NCBI GenBank assembly: GCA_022781505.1
Contig: JALETK010000103.1
Location: 1-51,405 of the forward strand
DNA length: 51,405 nucleotides
Direction: 5' to 3'
DNA from: Clostridiales bacterium
GTDB taxonomy: Bacteria; Bacillota; Clostridia; Oscillospirales; Oscillospiraceae
This document shows, one piece after another, positions 35,294 to 45,832 of the stretch (within the stretch, counting starts at the first letter, position 1; each line of letters starts with the position of its first letter). A program made the position numbers and the translations under genes. The notes beneath the pieces were generated by a model. The model searched no databases. It had not been told where the DNA came from and saw nothing but the letters and a program-made list of their open reading frames with translations.

Positions 35294-37270
35294 GTGAACA
35301 AGAAGAAGGGGTGGTTTCAGGACCTGACAGCGGGCATCTTTTTTGTGGTTCTGCTGGCCTTCGCCGTAGCCTCCTTCCTGCTGGACCGTCCGGAGCTGGC
35401 CATAGCGGAGGCTGCTGCCACAGCGGTGCTGTTTCTGTTCTATCAGCTCCGCCGGGCCTATCAGAGAAAGGCCCTGGCGGCCTACATTCAGGACGCGGCG
35501 GACAATCTGGAGACCGCCACCCGGGGGGAGAGCCCCCTGCCCATGGCCCTGGTGCGGCTGGTGGATGGGGAGCTGGTGTGGAGCAACCTGCAGTTTGCCA
35601 AGGCCACCGGCATGAAGGACAGCTTCTTTGAGCAGAAAATCACGTCGGTGCTCCCCAATTTCAACACCGACTGGCTGGCAGGGGGAAAGACCGTGTGCCC
35701 CTACGACATCACCATCCGGGACCGCCGGTACCGGGTCTACGGCACCACCTTCCATGAGAAAGATCCCAGCGGCCCTCTCCTGGCCTCCGTCTATCTGGTG
35801 GATCTGACGGAGCTGTACCAGGTGCGGGACGAGTACATCCGCTCCCGCCCGGTGGTGGCCATTATCCTGGTGGACAATTATGACGAGCTCACCAAGAACC
35901 TGCCCGAGAGCGCCATCTCCAACCTGAACGCGGAGCTCAACGAGGTGATTACCCGCTGCACGGAGCCCTATCAGGGCCTCCTCCGGCGGCTGGAGCGGAA
36001 CCGGTTCCTGTTTGTCTTTGAGGTGCGGGATTTGAAGCGCTCCATTGAGGGCAAATTCCCCATTCTGGAGGAGATCCGCCAGGTGGTGAGCCCCTCCGGG
36101 CTGGCGGCCACCCTCTCTTTGGGCATCGGCAAGGAGGCGGCCACCTTTGAGGAGGCCTATAACTTCGCCGCGCTCAGCATCGAGATGGCCCTGTCCCGGG
36201 GCGGCGACCAGGCGGTGATCAAGGACCGGTACAATTTCTCCTTCTACGGTGGACGGGCCAAGGAGGCGGATCACCGCTCCAAGGTGCGCTCCCGGGTTAC
36301 GGCCAACTCCCTGTCGGAGCTGGTGTCCCAGAGCAGCCACATCTTTGTCATGGGCCACAAAAACGCGGATCTGGACGCCGTGGGCGCGGCGGTGGGCATC
36401 TGCTGCATGTGCCGGAAGAAGGGGAAGCGGGCCAAAATTGTCCTGGACCTGGGGAAGAATGCCTCGGGTAAGCTGCTGGAGCAGCTGATGGCCGTGCCGG
36501 AATACAAGGAGGCTGTGATCTCCGGCCAGGATGCCCTGCTTCTGGCGGACCCCAAGAGCCTTCTTGTGGTGGTGGATACCAACCGGCCGGACCAGGTGGA
36601 GTGCAAGCCGCTTCTGGAGGCTATTTCCAAGGTCTGTGTGGTGGATCATCACCGAAGAGCCGCGGATTATATCAACCCAGTGGTGCTGAACCTCCACGAG
36701 CCCTATGCCTCCTCCGCCTCGGAGCTGGTGACGGAGCTGCTGCAGTACTCCGTGGACAGCTCCGACGTGCTGCCCATTGAGAGCAAGGCCCTTCTGGCGG
36801 GCATTGTGCTGGACACCAAGAACTTCAACGTCCGCACGGGAGAGCGAACCTTTGAGGCGGCGGCTTTCCTGCGCCGCCTGGGGGCCGACACGGTGGAGGT
36901 CAAGAAGCTGCTGCAAAACGACTTCCAGTCCACCCTGGCCCGGTATCAGATTATCAAATCCGCCCGGCTGTACCGGGATCAGATTGCCATTGCGGCCCTG
37001 AACGCCGCCACCAGCCGCACCATCGCGGCCCAGGCGGCGGACGAGCTTCTGAGCATCCAGGGAATTCTCGCCTCCTTCGTGCTGTATCCCCACGATGACC
37101 ATGTGGTGATTTCCGCCCGGTCCATCGGGGACACCAACGTTCAGGTGATTCTGGAGCCCCTGGGAGGCGGCGGCAACGCGGCCACCGCCGGTGCGCAGAT
37201 TCCCAACTGCGACGTCAAAACAGCCCTGGACCGGCTGAAGGCGTCCATTGACCAATACTATGATTCGTAA
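35294..37270 (+). CDS. gdpP: c-di-AMP phosphodiesterase GdpP (TM-PAS-degenerate GGDEF-DHH/DHHA1)
   Basis: Two TM helices, VDNYDE, LSRGGDQA, GHKNADLDAVG, DHHR, SSASELVTE, DTKNF; upstream of rplI-dnaB. Confidence 0.93.
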   Translation: MNKKKGWFQDLTAGIFFVVLLAFAVASFLLDRPELAIAEAAATAVLFLFYQLRRAYQRKALAAYIQDAADNLETATRGESPLPMALVRLVDGELVWSNLQFAKATGMKDSFFEQKITSVLPNFNTDWLAGGKTVCPYDITIRDRRYRVYGTTFHEKDPSGPLLASVYLVDLTELYQVRDEYIRSRPVVAIILVDNYDELTKNLPESAISNLNAELNEVITRCTEPYQGLLRRLERNRFLFVFEVRDLKRSIEGKFPILEEIRQVVSPSGLAATLSLGIGKEAATFEEAYNFAALSIEMALSRGGDQAVIKDRYNFSFYGGRAKEADHRSKVRSRVTANSLSELVSQSSHIFVMGHKNADLDAVGAAVGICCMCRKKGKRAKIVLDLGKNASGKLLEQLMAVPEYKEAVISGQDALLLADPKSLLVVVDTNRPDQVECKPLLEAISKVCVVDHHRRAADYINPVVLNLHEPYASSASELVTELLQYSVDSSDVLPIESKALLAGIVLDTKNFNVRTGERTFEAAAFLRRLGADTVEVKKLLQNDFQSTLARYQIIKSARLYRDQIAIAALNAATSRTIAAQAADELLSIQGILASFVLYPHDDHVVISARSIGDTNVQVILEPLGGGGNAATAGAQIPNCDVKTALDRLKASIDQYYDS

Positions 37271-37300
37271 ATACACTCATTGAAAAGGAGATTGATTGAT

Positions 37301-37747
37301 ATGAAGGTTATTTTGCTGCAGGATGTCCGTGGAAAGGGCAAGAAGGGCCAGATGCTGGAGGTATCCGACGGCTACGCCCGGAACTATATGCTCCCCCGGA
37401 AGATCGCCATGGAGGCCACCCCCGACGCCATCAACACCATGCGCATGAACGACAAGGCCACCCAGGAGCGCCAGGCCCGGGAGCGGGCGGAGGCTGCGGA
37501 TCTGGCCAAGAAGATGAAGGCCATGACCCTGACGGTGTACGCCAAGGGCGGCGGCGCGGGCCGTCTCTTCGGCTCCGTCACCAACCAGGAGATTGCCGAC
37601 GCCCTCCAGGCCCAGGGCATCACCCTGGACAAGCGGAAGATTGTCATTGACGAGCCCATCAAGAACGTAGGCACCTACACCGTCCGGTGCAAGCTGGGCT
37701 ATGAAATCACAGGCGACCTGACGGTGAAGATTGAGGAAAAGAACTGA
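37301..37747 (+). CDS. rplI: 50S ribosomal protein L9
   Basis: MKVILLQDV...GYARNY...GRLFGSVT. Confidence 0.97.
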   Translation: MKVILLQDVRGKGKKGQMLEVSDGYARNYMLPRKIAMEATPDAINTMRMNDKATQERQARERAEAADLAKKMKAMTLTVYAKGGGAGRLFGSVTNQEIADALQAQGITLDKRKIVIDEPIKNVGTYTVRCKLGYEITGDLTVKIEEKN

Positions 37748-37805
37748 CCTGCCGTCCGGCTTTGCCCTGTGACAGGCCGGGACAATTTGGGAAAGGAGGA
37801 GCATC

Positions 37806-39152
37806 ATGGCAGATGAACAGGGGCTTTTGACCAGACAGCCGCCCCAGTCTCTGGAGGCGGAGCAGTCGGTTCTGGGCGCCATGCTCATTGACAGCCGGTG
37901 TGTGCCGGATGTCATTGGCATTCTGAAGCCGGAGGACTTCTATCTCCGGCAGAATCAGGAGATTTACGAGACCATCTACACCATGTTCAACTTCTCCCAG
38001 GTGATCGACCCGGTGACGGTGCTGACCACCATGCAGGAGCGGGGCGTGTGGCAGGAGTCCTCCACGGACTATATCAAGCAGCTCATGGAGATCACCCCCA
38101 CGGCGGCCAACGCCGTGCGGTACGCCAACATCGTCCGGGACAAGGCCATGCTCCGGGGCCTGGCCACGGCGGCGGCGGACATCTCCGAGACGGTCTACGA
38201 GGGGGTTGGCACCCCGGCGGAGATTCTGGAGGCTGCGGAAAAGAAAATCTACGCCCTGCGCAAGGGCGAGCGGGGGGAGAGCCTGGAGCACATCGGAACG
38301 GTGCTCCACAAGGTCTTTGACCGGCTGACGGAGCTGGCCCAGTCCGACAGCGCCATTCCCGGCCTGTCCACGGGCCTCATGGATTTGGACAAGAAGATCA
38401 ACGGACTCAACAAGTCCGACCTTCTCCTCATCGCCGCCCGCCCCGCCATGGGCAAGACCTCCTTTGCCCTGAACATCGCCCTGAATGTGGCGAAAAAGTA
38501 CAAAATGGCCGTGGCCTTCTTCTCCCTGGAGATGTCCCGGGAGCAGCTGGCCATGCGCCTTCTGTCCGGGGAGAGCTTCGTGGACAGCCAGAAAATGGCC
38601 ACGGGCAAGCTCACCGACGAGGAGTGGAGCAAGCTGGCCATGGCCTCCGCCGCCCTCAGTCAGACGGACATCCGGGTGGACGACAACCCCTCCATCACCG
38701 TGGCGGAGATGAACGCCAAGTGCCGCCGGGTGGAAAACCTGGGCCTGGTGCTCATTGACTACCTCCAGCTCATGACCTCCTCCGGCTACGGCAAGGGGGG
38801 CGAGAACCGGGTCACGGTGGTGTCGGAGATCTCCCGGGCCCTGAAGATCATGGCCAAGGAGCTGAATGTGCCGGTGATCTGCCTGAGCCAGCTGTCCCGT
38901 GCCAACGAGAGCCGCCAGGACAAGCGGCCCATTTTGTCGGACCTCCGGGAATCCGGCGCCATTGAGCAGGACGCCGACGAGGTGCTGTTTCTGTACCGGG
39001 ACGACTATTATAATGAGAACTCCGAGGAGAAAAACGTGGCCGAGTGCATCGTCTCCAAAAACCGCCACGGCGAGACCGGCACGGTGAAGCTCCAGTGGCT
39101 CCCCCAGTACACCACCTTCGCCGACCGGGAGTGGCGCCATGAGGAAGGATAG
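37806..39152 (+). CDS. dnaB: Replicative DNA helicase
   Basis: AEQSVLGAM, AARPAMGKT, FSLEM, IDYLQL, LSQLSR, SDLRESGAIEQDAD, KNRHG; no intein. Confidence 0.97.
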   Translation: MADEQGLLTRQPPQSLEAEQSVLGAMLIDSRCVPDVIGILKPEDFYLRQNQEIYETIYTMFNFSQVIDPVTVLTTMQERGVWQESSTDYIKQLMEITPTAANAVRYANIVRDKAMLRGLATAAADISETVYEGVGTPAEILEAAEKKIYALRKGERGESLEHIGTVLHKVFDRLTELAQSDSAIPGLSTGLMDLDKKINGLNKSDLLLIAARPAMGKTSFALNIALNVAKKYKMAVAFFSLEMSREQLAMRLLSGESFVDSQKMATGKLTDEEWSKLAMASAALSQTDIRVDDNPSITVAEMNAKCRRVENLGLVLIDYLQLMTSSGYGKGGENRVTVVSEISRALKIMAKELNVPVICLSQLSRANESRQDKRPILSDLRESGAIEQDADEVLFLYRDDYYNENSEEKNVAECIVSKNRHGETGTVKLQWLPQYTTFADREWRHEEG

Positions 39153-39155
39153 GCC

Positions 39156-40478
39156 ATGGAGCTGACAGGCAGGATTCTGGAATTCATCCGGGACTACGGC
39201 CTTGTGGAGCCGGGGGACCATGTGATCTGCGCCGTGTCCGGGGGCAAGGACTCTATGGCCCTGCTGTGGGCCATGTACCTGCTCCAGGAGAAGCTGGACG
39301 TGGAGCTCTCCGCCGCCCACTTCAACCACGGCCTCCGGGGAGCGGAGTCGGACCGGGACGAGGCTTTCGTCCGGGACTTCTGCCGGGACTACCACATTCC
39401 CCTTGCCCTGGGCCGGGGAACCGTGGAGCGCCGGGGACGAGGGCTGGAGGACGCCGCCCGCCGGGCCAGGTATGCTTTTCTGGAGAGCCTGGAGGCGCAG
39501 GCGAAAATCGCCACCGCCCACACCGCCCAGGACAATGCCGAGACGGTTCTTTTGCACCTGCTCCGGGGCACGGGCCTCCGGGGCCTGGGTGGCATTGCCC
39601 CCCGGCGGGGGCGGGTGATCCGCCCCATGCTCCAGGCCACCGGAGAAGAGGTGGCGGCGTTTCTCCGGCAGTGGAGCATCCCCCATGTGGAGGACAGCTC
39701 CAACGGGGGGACGGATTTTCTTCGGAACCGGCTTCGGCAGCAGGTGCTGCCGGTTTTGTGCCGGGAGAATCCGGCCTTTGCCCGGAGCGCCAGCCGGACG
39801 GCTCTGGAGCTCCGCCAGGATGAGGCGCTTCTGGAAGAGCTGGCCGAGAGAGCCATGGAGCAGGCGAGCGCCGGGGAGGGATTGGACTGCCGGGCCCTTC
39901 TGGAGCTCCATCCCGCCCTGCGGCGGCGGGTTCTGGAGCGCTTCCTCCGGGAGGCGGGGGTGCCGGAGCCGGAGACGGTGCATCTGAACCGGGCGGAGGC
40001 CCTGGCCGCCTCGGAGCGGCCCTCTGCCTGGGGGGCGTTCCCCGGGGGCGTGGTTCTCACCCGGCGGTACGGTCTTCTGGCGAAGAAAACGGGCGGCATC
40101 CCGCTGACCCCCACGGTTCCGGCGGTGCCCGGCCTCACCCGGGTGGGTGACTGGGAGGTGCGGTGTAAAATCCTCCCTGCCGGGGAAAAATTTCAAAATA
40201 CACCGTTCACTTTTCATTTCGCCTGTGATAGAATAAAAAAATCATCCCTGCTTCTCCGCCCCCGGAGCGCCGGGGACCGGCTGCGCCTGTCCGGGGGAAC
40301 CAAGAGCCTGAAGAAGCTGCTCATTGACCGGAAAATTCCGGCGTCCCAGCGGGACGGTCTCCCGGTTCTGTCCATGGGAGACAGGGTCCTGGGGGTGGCC
40401 GGCGTGGGCGCGGATGTGGGGTACGCCCCGGAGCCCGGTGCTCCCGTGCTGCAAATTGTGTTTACTAAAACAATTTAA
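39156..40478 (+). CDS. tilS: tRNA(Ile)-lysidine synthetase
   Basis: AVSGGKDS PP-loop, HFNHGLRG, TAHTAQDNAET, RPML, RNRLR. Confidence 0.94.
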   Translation: MELTGRILEFIRDYGLVEPGDHVICAVSGGKDSMALLWAMYLLQEKLDVELSAAHFNHGLRGAESDRDEAFVRDFCRDYHIPLALGRGTVERRGRGLEDAARRARYAFLESLEAQAKIATAHTAQDNAETVLLHLLRGTGLRGLGGIAPRRGRVIRPMLQATGEEVAAFLRQWSIPHVEDSSNGGTDFLRNRLRQQVLPVLCRENPAFARSASRTALELRQDEALLEELAERAMEQASAGEGLDCRALLELHPALRRRVLERFLREAGVPEPETVHLNRAEALAASERPSAWGAFPGGVVLTRRYGLLAKKTGGIPLTPTVPAVPGLTRVGDWEVRCKILPAGEKFQNTPFTFHFACDRIKKSSLLLRPRSAGDRLRLSGGTKSLKKLLIDRKIPASQRDGLPVLSMGDRVLGVAGVGADVGYAPEPGAPVLQIVFTKTI

Positions 40479-40497
40479 GAGAAAGAGGTAGCCTGCT

Positions 40498-41034
40498 ATG
40501 CATGATTCCATTGAGCGCGTTCTCCTGACCGAAGACCAGATCAAAACCCGGATTGAGGAGTTGGGCAGGGAGCTGGCCGCGGACTACGCGGATAAGAATC
40601 CCATTTTCGTGGGGATTCTCAAGGGCGTGGTGATTTTCTTCGCCGACATCGTCCGGGCAGTGCCCATCCCCTGCCAGTTTGACTTTATGGCCGTCTCCTC
40701 CTACAGCGGCACCAACTCCACCGGCATCATCAAGGTGAAGAAGGACCTGTCCGCGGACATCGAGGGCCGCCATGTGGTGATTCTGGAGGACATTCTGGAC
40801 TCCGGCCTGACCCTGAAGTATACCACGGAATACCTCAAGTCCAAGAACCCCGCCTCCGTGAAAATCTGCACCTTCCTGGACAAGCCCGAGCGGCGGCAGT
40901 CCGACATTGTGGCAGATTACATCGGCTTCACCGTGCCCAACCTCTTCGTGGTGGGCTATGGCCTGGATTACGACGAGGAGTACCGGAATCTTCCCTATGT
41001 AGGCGTGCTGAAGCCTGAGGCTTATACCAAGTAA
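40498..41034 (+). CDS. hpt: Hypoxanthine phosphoribosyltransferase
   Basis: GILKG, VVILEDILDSGLTL, FVVGYGLDY. Confidence 0.96.
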   Translation: MHDSIERVLLTEDQIKTRIEELGRELAADYADKNPIFVGILKGVVIFFADIVRAVPIPCQFDFMAVSSYSGTNSTGIIKVKKDLSADIEGRHVVILEDILDSGLTLKYTTEYLKSKNPASVKICTFLDKPERRQSDIVADYIGFTVPNLFVVGYGLDYDEEYRNLPYVGVLKPEAYTK

Positions 41035-41052
41035 TTAAAGGAGATACCCATA

Positions 41053-42909
41053 TTGAGACGGAATAAAACCGCGGGAATCATCATCTATGCCGCCCTTCTG
41101 CTGGTCGCCATCAGCCTTCTGAGCTGGTGGGTCAAATCCATGAACGCCCAGGGCCTCAGCTACTCCAAGGTGGTGACCCTCTTTGAGGAGGAGAAGGTCA
41201 GAGCCTTTTCCGTGAAGGACAATACCCTGCACCTGTACCTCTGGGAGCCTCTGGACGGCAGCACCGAGCAGGTGTCCTACCTGTACAGCACCGACGCCTT
41301 CCGGGAGGATCTGGGAGCGCTGTTCCGGGAGCAGTCGGCCAGCGGCGTTTTGGAGAGCTACACGTTCCTGCCGGACTCCAGCCCCTCCATTATCAGCCGT
41401 ACCATGCCCTATCTTCTGGCGGGCCTGGTGCTGATTATGGTATGGGCCTTCCTGAGCAGCCGCTCCGCCAGCGGTGTGACCGGCTTCGGCAAGGCCAAGG
41501 CGAACCTGGGCCCCGCGGGGAAGCCTGTGAAGTTCTCCGACGTGGCCGGTGCCGACGAGGAGAAGGCGGAGCTCCAGGAGGTTGTGGACTTCCTGCGGGA
41601 CCCCCGGAAGTTTCAGAACATGGGCGCCAAGGTGCCCAAGGGCGTTTTGCTGGAGGGCCCCCCGGGCACCGGCAAGACCCTCCTGGCCAGAGCCGCCGCC
41701 GGAGAGGCGGAGGTTCAGTTCCTGTCCATTTCCGGCTCCGACTTTGTGGAGCTGTATGTGGGCGTGGGCGCCAGCCGGGTGCGGGACCTGTTTGACCAGG
41801 CCAAGAAAATGGCCCCCGCCATTGTTTTTATCGACGAGATTGACGCCGTGGGCCGCCGGAGAGGCGCGGGCATGGGCGGCGGCCACGACGAGCGGGAGCA
41901 GACCCTGAACCAGCTCCTGGTGGAGATGGACGGCTTCCAGGCCAACGAGGGCGTCATTGTGCTGGCCGCCACCAACCGCCGGGACATTCTGGACCCCGCC
42001 CTGCTCCGTCCGGGCCGCTTTGACCGGCACATCTATGTGGGCGCCCCGGACGCCAAGGGCCGGGAGGAGATTCTGAAGCTCCACGCCCGGAACAAGCGGC
42101 TGGCAGGGGAGGTGGATCTCAAGACCGTGGCCCTGGCCACCAGCGGCTTCACCGGCGCGGATCTGGAGAACCTTTTGAACGAGGCCGCCATTCTGGCCGT
42201 GCGGGAGAACCGGGCCGTCATCACCTCCGGGGATCTGGACGAGGCCATGATGAAGATCATCGCCGGGCCTCAGAAGCGGAGCCGGGTCAGCCGGAAGCGG
42301 GATCTTCAGATTACCGCCATTCACGAGGCGGGCCACGCGGTTGCCATGTATTTCCTGCCCACCCAGGACCCGGTGCGGCAGATTACCATTATTCCCCGGG
42401 GCCAGGCCCTGGGCCTCACCGTGAGCTTCCCGGAGGAGGATTCCGCCCACATGACCCGCAATGAAATGTACGAGAGCATTGTGGGCCTGCTGGGAGGCCG
42501 GGTGGCGGAGGCTTTGTTCTGCGGGGACATCTCCACCGGCGCCTCCAACGACATTCAGCGGGCCACCAAGCTGGCCCGGGACATGGTGGCCCGGTACGGC
42601 ATGAGCGAGAAAATCGGCGCCGTGTCCTACGAGTCCGACCAGGAGATTTTTGTGGGCCGGGACTATGAGAAGACCAAGTCCTACTCCGAGGAGACCGCCG
42701 GCCAGCTGGACCAGGAGGTCAAGAGCCTGGTGGACCGGGCCTATGGCCAGTGCGCGGAGCTTCTGAAGGAGCACCGGAAGAAGCTGCAGGATGTGGCGGA
42801 TTTCCTCCTGGCGAACGAGACCATGTCCGGCAAACAGTTCCGGGCCTGCATGGAGGGCGCTCCCTTCTCTGCAGAGGGCGGAGACTCTTTGTTGTTTCCC
42901 CAGGAATAA
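41053..42909 (+). CDS. ftsH: ATP-dependent zinc metalloprotease FtsH
   Basis: Two TM helices, [32 protein letters not shown]; tilS-hpt-ftsH order. Confidence 0.96.
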   Translation: MRRNKTAGIIIYAALLLVAISLLSWWVKSMNAQGLSYSKVVTLFEEEKVRAFSVKDNTLHLYLWEPLDGSTEQVSYLYSTDAFREDLGALFREQSASGVLESYTFLPDSSPSIISRTMPYLLAGLVLIMVWAFLSSRSASGVTGFGKAKANLGPAGKPVKFSDVAGADEEKAELQEVVDFLRDPRKFQNMGAKVPKGVLLEGPPGTGKTLLARAAAGEAEVQFLSISGSDFVELYVGVGASRVRDLFDQAKKMAPAIVFIDEIDAVGRRRGAGMGGGHDEREQTLNQLLVEMDGFQANEGVIVLAATNRRDILDPALLRPGRFDRHIYVGAPDAKGREEILKLHARNKRLAGEVDLKTVALATSGFTGADLENLLNEAAILAVRENRAVITSGDLDEAMMKIIAGPQKRSRVSRKRDLQITAIHEAGHAVAMYFLPTQDPVRQITIIPRGQALGLTVSFPEEDSAHMTRNEMYESIVGLLGGRVAEALFCGDISTGASNDIQRATKLARDMVARYGMSEKIGAVSYESDQEIFVGRDYEKTKSYSEETAGQLDQEVKSLVDRAYGQCAELLKEHRKKLQDVADFLLANETMSGKQFRACMEGAPFSAEGGDSLLFPQE

Positions 42910-42920
42910 AGAATCCAATT

Positions 42921-42968
42921 AAAAAATACGGAGGGTGCGGCCCATGGGGCTGCACCCTCCGTATTTTG
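42921..42968. terminator. Bidirectional terminator between ftsH and the GntR gene
   Basis: aaaatacggagggtgc.gccc/gggc.gcaccctccgtatttt. Confidence 0.8.
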
Positions 42969-42983
42969 ACAAAGGCCGGGCGG

Positions 42984-43736
42984 CTATTTCTCCGGCCGGG
43001 CGTCGATTTCAAACTTGTTGGAGTCGCCCCGGTAGTGGGAGGAGGCGTAGTCCACGATTTTTCCCACGGCGTTGTAGGAGATGGTCTGGAAGCAGAGGAT
43101 GGGGGCGCCGGGTTTGATGGACAGGAGATTGACATCGTTGGAGGAGGCCTTCTCCGCCGAGACGATGGTACGGGTGCGCACCGGACGGGAGGCGGCGGTC
43201 TTGGTCATGATTTCGTAGAGGGACTCCCACTGAAAGTCGTGCCCGATCACGAAGTTGCAGATATCCCAGGGCAGGTGGTTGTGAATGGTGACCATGGGCT
43301 CATCGTCGGCGAACCGGCGGCGGAACATGGAAATCACCTTGTCCCCGGGGGAAATGGCCATGGCCTTGGCCAGCGGCGCGGTGGCCTCAATCACCTTCAG
43401 CTCCAGAAGCTCCGTGTGGGGGGTCTTGCCCAGGCGGCGCACCTGCTGGTGGAAGGGCTCAAAGGAGCGGATGTAGGTGGTGGAGGACTCCGGATGGCAG
43501 ACGAAGGTGCCCTTGCTGGTTTTTCGCTCCAGCCAGCCCTCCTGCACCAGCTCCGCCACGGCCTGCCGCACGGTGGAGCGGCTGATCTGCAGAGACTCTG
43601 CCAGCTGTATTTCCGTGGGGATGCACTGCCCCTCCTGATAGACGCCGGTTTTAATCTTGTTCAGAAGGATGGATTTTAATTGATAATACAGGGGAATCGG
43701 TACGGATTTGTCCAGGTCAGTAAAGTCTGCGAACAT
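42984..43736 (-). CDS. GntR-family (HutC/UTRA) transcriptional regulator
   Basis: PLYYQL, IPTEIQLA, ISRSTVRQA, GTFV, C-terminal UTRA domain (SLYEI...YRGD); divergent from the sugar operon. Confidence 0.92.
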   Translation of the reverse strand: MFADFTDLDKSVPIPLYYQLKSILLNKIKTGVYQEGQCIPTEIQLAESLQISRSTVRQAVAELVQEGWLERKTSKGTFVCHPESSTTYIRSFEPFHQQVRRLGKTPHTELLELKVIEATAPLAKAMAISPGDKVISMFRRRFADDEPMVTIHNHLPWDICNFVIGHDFQWESLYEIMTKTAASRPVRTRTIVSAEKASSNDVNLLSIKPGAPILCFQTISYNAVGKIVDYASSHYRGDSNKFEIDARPEK

Positions 43737-43775
43737 CTTTCTCTACCTCCGTTATGGGTGTTTTCCCTTTATTCC

Positions 43776-43920
43776 TTTGTTCGAACTTACCAAACAAATT
43801 GTACACCATTTACAAGATGAATGCAAGATATTTGTGGAAAAATTTTGAAGAATTTCCTTGAAATTCCGAAAATGTCATGTTAATATAAAGACACGCTTGG
43901 TACGAACAAACGAATGAACA
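43776..43920 (+). promoter_or_regulatory. Promoter of the sugar catabolic operon with candidate GntR boxes
   Basis: TTGAAA (43858-43863), 17 bp, TAATAT (43881-43886) with TG extension; related motifs tttgttcgaac (about 43776) and gtacgaacaaa (about 43900). Confidence 0.5.
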
Positions 43921-43960
43921 TAGTGACGTAACAAGGAATAAACCGGAGGTGGATAGAGTC

Positions 43961-44914
43961 ATGAAAAGGGTACTGTGCGTGGGTATGGCCGTGTGCGACG
44001 TGCTTCTGAAGCCCATCTCATGGGACGTGCTCCAGCGGGACAGCGTCTCCATCGATACCCCTGTGACCAGCTGCGGCGGCGACGCGCTGAATGTGGCCAT
44101 GGCTCTGAGCAAGCTGGGGCTTCCGGTGCGGATCTGCGGCAGAATCGGCCTGGACGGAAACGGGGCCTTCATCCGCCGGTCCTGCCAGAAGGCAGGGGTG
44201 GATGACAGCGGCCTGCGTCCCGACCCGAGCTATGCTACCGCCTCCAGCTATGTGCTGATTGACCCCGAGGGGGAGCGGCACTTTCTCTCTAACCGCAGGC
44301 TGTTCCATGTGCTGAGTGATGAGGACGTCTCCTGGGAGGATCTCCTCTGGGCGGACGTTGTGTATTTCGGCTCCGCCATGGCCCTGCAAAAGATGAACGA
44401 GGGCGGTCTGGAGCGGCTGTTCCGGAGGGCCAGGGAGCTGGGCAGGGTCACGGCGATGGACGCGGCCCTGACGGACGCCCCGGCGCCGGAAAACTGGCTG
44501 GAGTATCTGAAGCCTGCCCTGCGCTTTACGGATGTGTTTTTCCCCAGCCTGGAGGAGGCTCAGGCCATCACCGGCCTGAGAGAGCCGGAGGACATGGCGG
44601 AGGCCTTCCGGGGCCTGGGTCTGAAGGTTCTGGGCATCAAGCTGGGCTCCAGGGGCTGCTTTGTGACCGACTTTACGGAATCCAGACGGATTCCCGCCGT
44701 ACCCGGCATCCGGGTGGTGGACACCTGCGGGGCGGGAGATTCCTTTATGGCGGGCTTCCTGTGCGGCATGACCCAGGGGTGGGATCCCTTCCAAAGCGCG
44801 GCCTTTGCCAGCTGCGTCGCCGCGAAAAATGTACAGGCTGTGGGAGGCACAGCCGGTGTTCCGACGTTTGATGATGCCCTGGGGTATTATCATAAATTCT
44901 ATTCTGCAAATTGA
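43961..44914 (+). CDS. PfkB-family carbohydrate kinase
   Basis: GGDALNVA, GLDGNG, GER, KLGSRG, VDTCGAGDSF. Confidence 0.93.
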   Translation: MKRVLCVGMAVCDVLLKPISWDVLQRDSVSIDTPVTSCGGDALNVAMALSKLGLPVRICGRIGLDGNGAFIRRSCQKAGVDDSGLRPDPSYATASSYVLIDPEGERHFLSNRRLFHVLSDEDVSWEDLLWADVVYFGSAMALQKMNEGGLERLFRRARELGRVTAMDAALTDAPAPENWLEYLKPALRFTDVFFPSLEEAQAITGLREPEDMAEAFRGLGLKVLGIKLGSRGCFVTDFTESRRIPAVPGIRVVDTCGAGDSFMAGFLCGMTQGWDPFQSAAFASCVAAKNVQAVGGTAGVPTFDDALGYYHKFYSAN

Positions 44915-44934
44915 AGAGAAGCGAGGTAAAACTT

Positions 44935-45780
44935 ATGAAATTTGCACCGATGAAGGAACTTCTGAATCTGGCGGAGGAGAAGGGAATCGCCTACGGGGCT
45001 TTTGTGACGGTCTCCTACGACTCCGCGTTGGCCGCCATTGAGGCCGGCTCCGAGCTGAATGTACCCGTCATCTTCATCACCGGTACCGATTGCTGCGAGC
45101 TTATGGGCGGCTTTGAGGGAACCGTGGAGACTGTGAAGCGGGCCGCCGCCAACACCCTGGTGCCCATCGCCCTGCACCTGGATCACTGCCGCACCTTTGA
45201 GGAGTGCGTGGCCGCCATCAACGCCGGCTATTCCTCCGTCATGATCGACGGCTCCTCCCTGCCCTTTGAGGAGAACATCGCCCTGACCAGAAAGGTTGTG
45301 GAGTACGCCCATCCCCTGGGTATCACCGTGGAAGGTGAGCTGGGCAAGCTGGTGGGCGAGGAGGGCGACCTCATTGTGAAGGGCCCTGAGGGCGCCCAGA
45401 CCGACCCCGAGGAAGCCCGGATTTTTGTGGAGCGCACCGGCGTTGACTGCCTGGCCGTCAGCATCGGCACCCAGCACGGCGCCTATGTTGCCGCGCCTCA
45501 CCTGAACATCCCCCGGCTCAAGGCCATCCGGGAAGTGGTGAACGTGCCCCTGGTGCTCCACGGCGGCTCCGGCACGCCTGTGGATCAGGTTCAGGATTCC
45601 ATCCGCAACGGCATCCGCAAGATCAACGTGGCCACCGATGTGATCACCGCCATGGTCAAGAAGTACAACGAGGTCACCAAGGTTCCCGGCTTCAAGTACA
45701 ACACCGCCATCTATCCCCAGGTGAAGGATGCCATGAAGGAGCTCATCAAGGAGAAGATGAATCAGTTCCGTTTTATGTGA
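44935..45780 (+). CDS. Class II ketose-bisphosphate aldolase (Fba/GatY-like)
   Basis: LHLDH, SVMIDGS, EGELG, IGTQHG, VLHGGSG, KINVAT. Confidence 0.93.
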   Translation: MKFAPMKELLNLAEEKGIAYGAFVTVSYDSALAAIEAGSELNVPVIFITGTDCCELMGGFEGTVETVKRAAANTLVPIALHLDHCRTFEECVAAINAGYSSVMIDGSSLPFEENIALTRKVVEYAHPLGITVEGELGKLVGEEGDLIVKGPEGAQTDPEEARIFVERTGVDCLAVSIGTQHGAYVAAPHLNIPRLKAIREVVNVPLVLHGGSGTPVDQVQDSIRNGIRKINVATDVITAMVKKYNEVTKVPGFKYNTAIYPQVKDAMKELIKEKMNQFRFM

Positions 45781-45832
45781 GAAAGAGGCAGAGGACTGCT
45801 TCTGAAAAAAATAAAAAGGAGAATTGAAAGCT

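Noticed and set aside
37806-39152. Intein or intron in dnaB; frameshifts in core genes
   Set aside because: DnaB is a normal 448 aa with contiguous motifs, and all core ORFs appear full length and uninterrupted.
37707-40217. Very long antisense ORFs (also 29109-31172, 35240-37276, 41035-42918, 1801-3012 and others)
   Set aside because: These are shadow frames opposite well-identified genes, expected from high GC3 codon bias, with no recognisable motifs.
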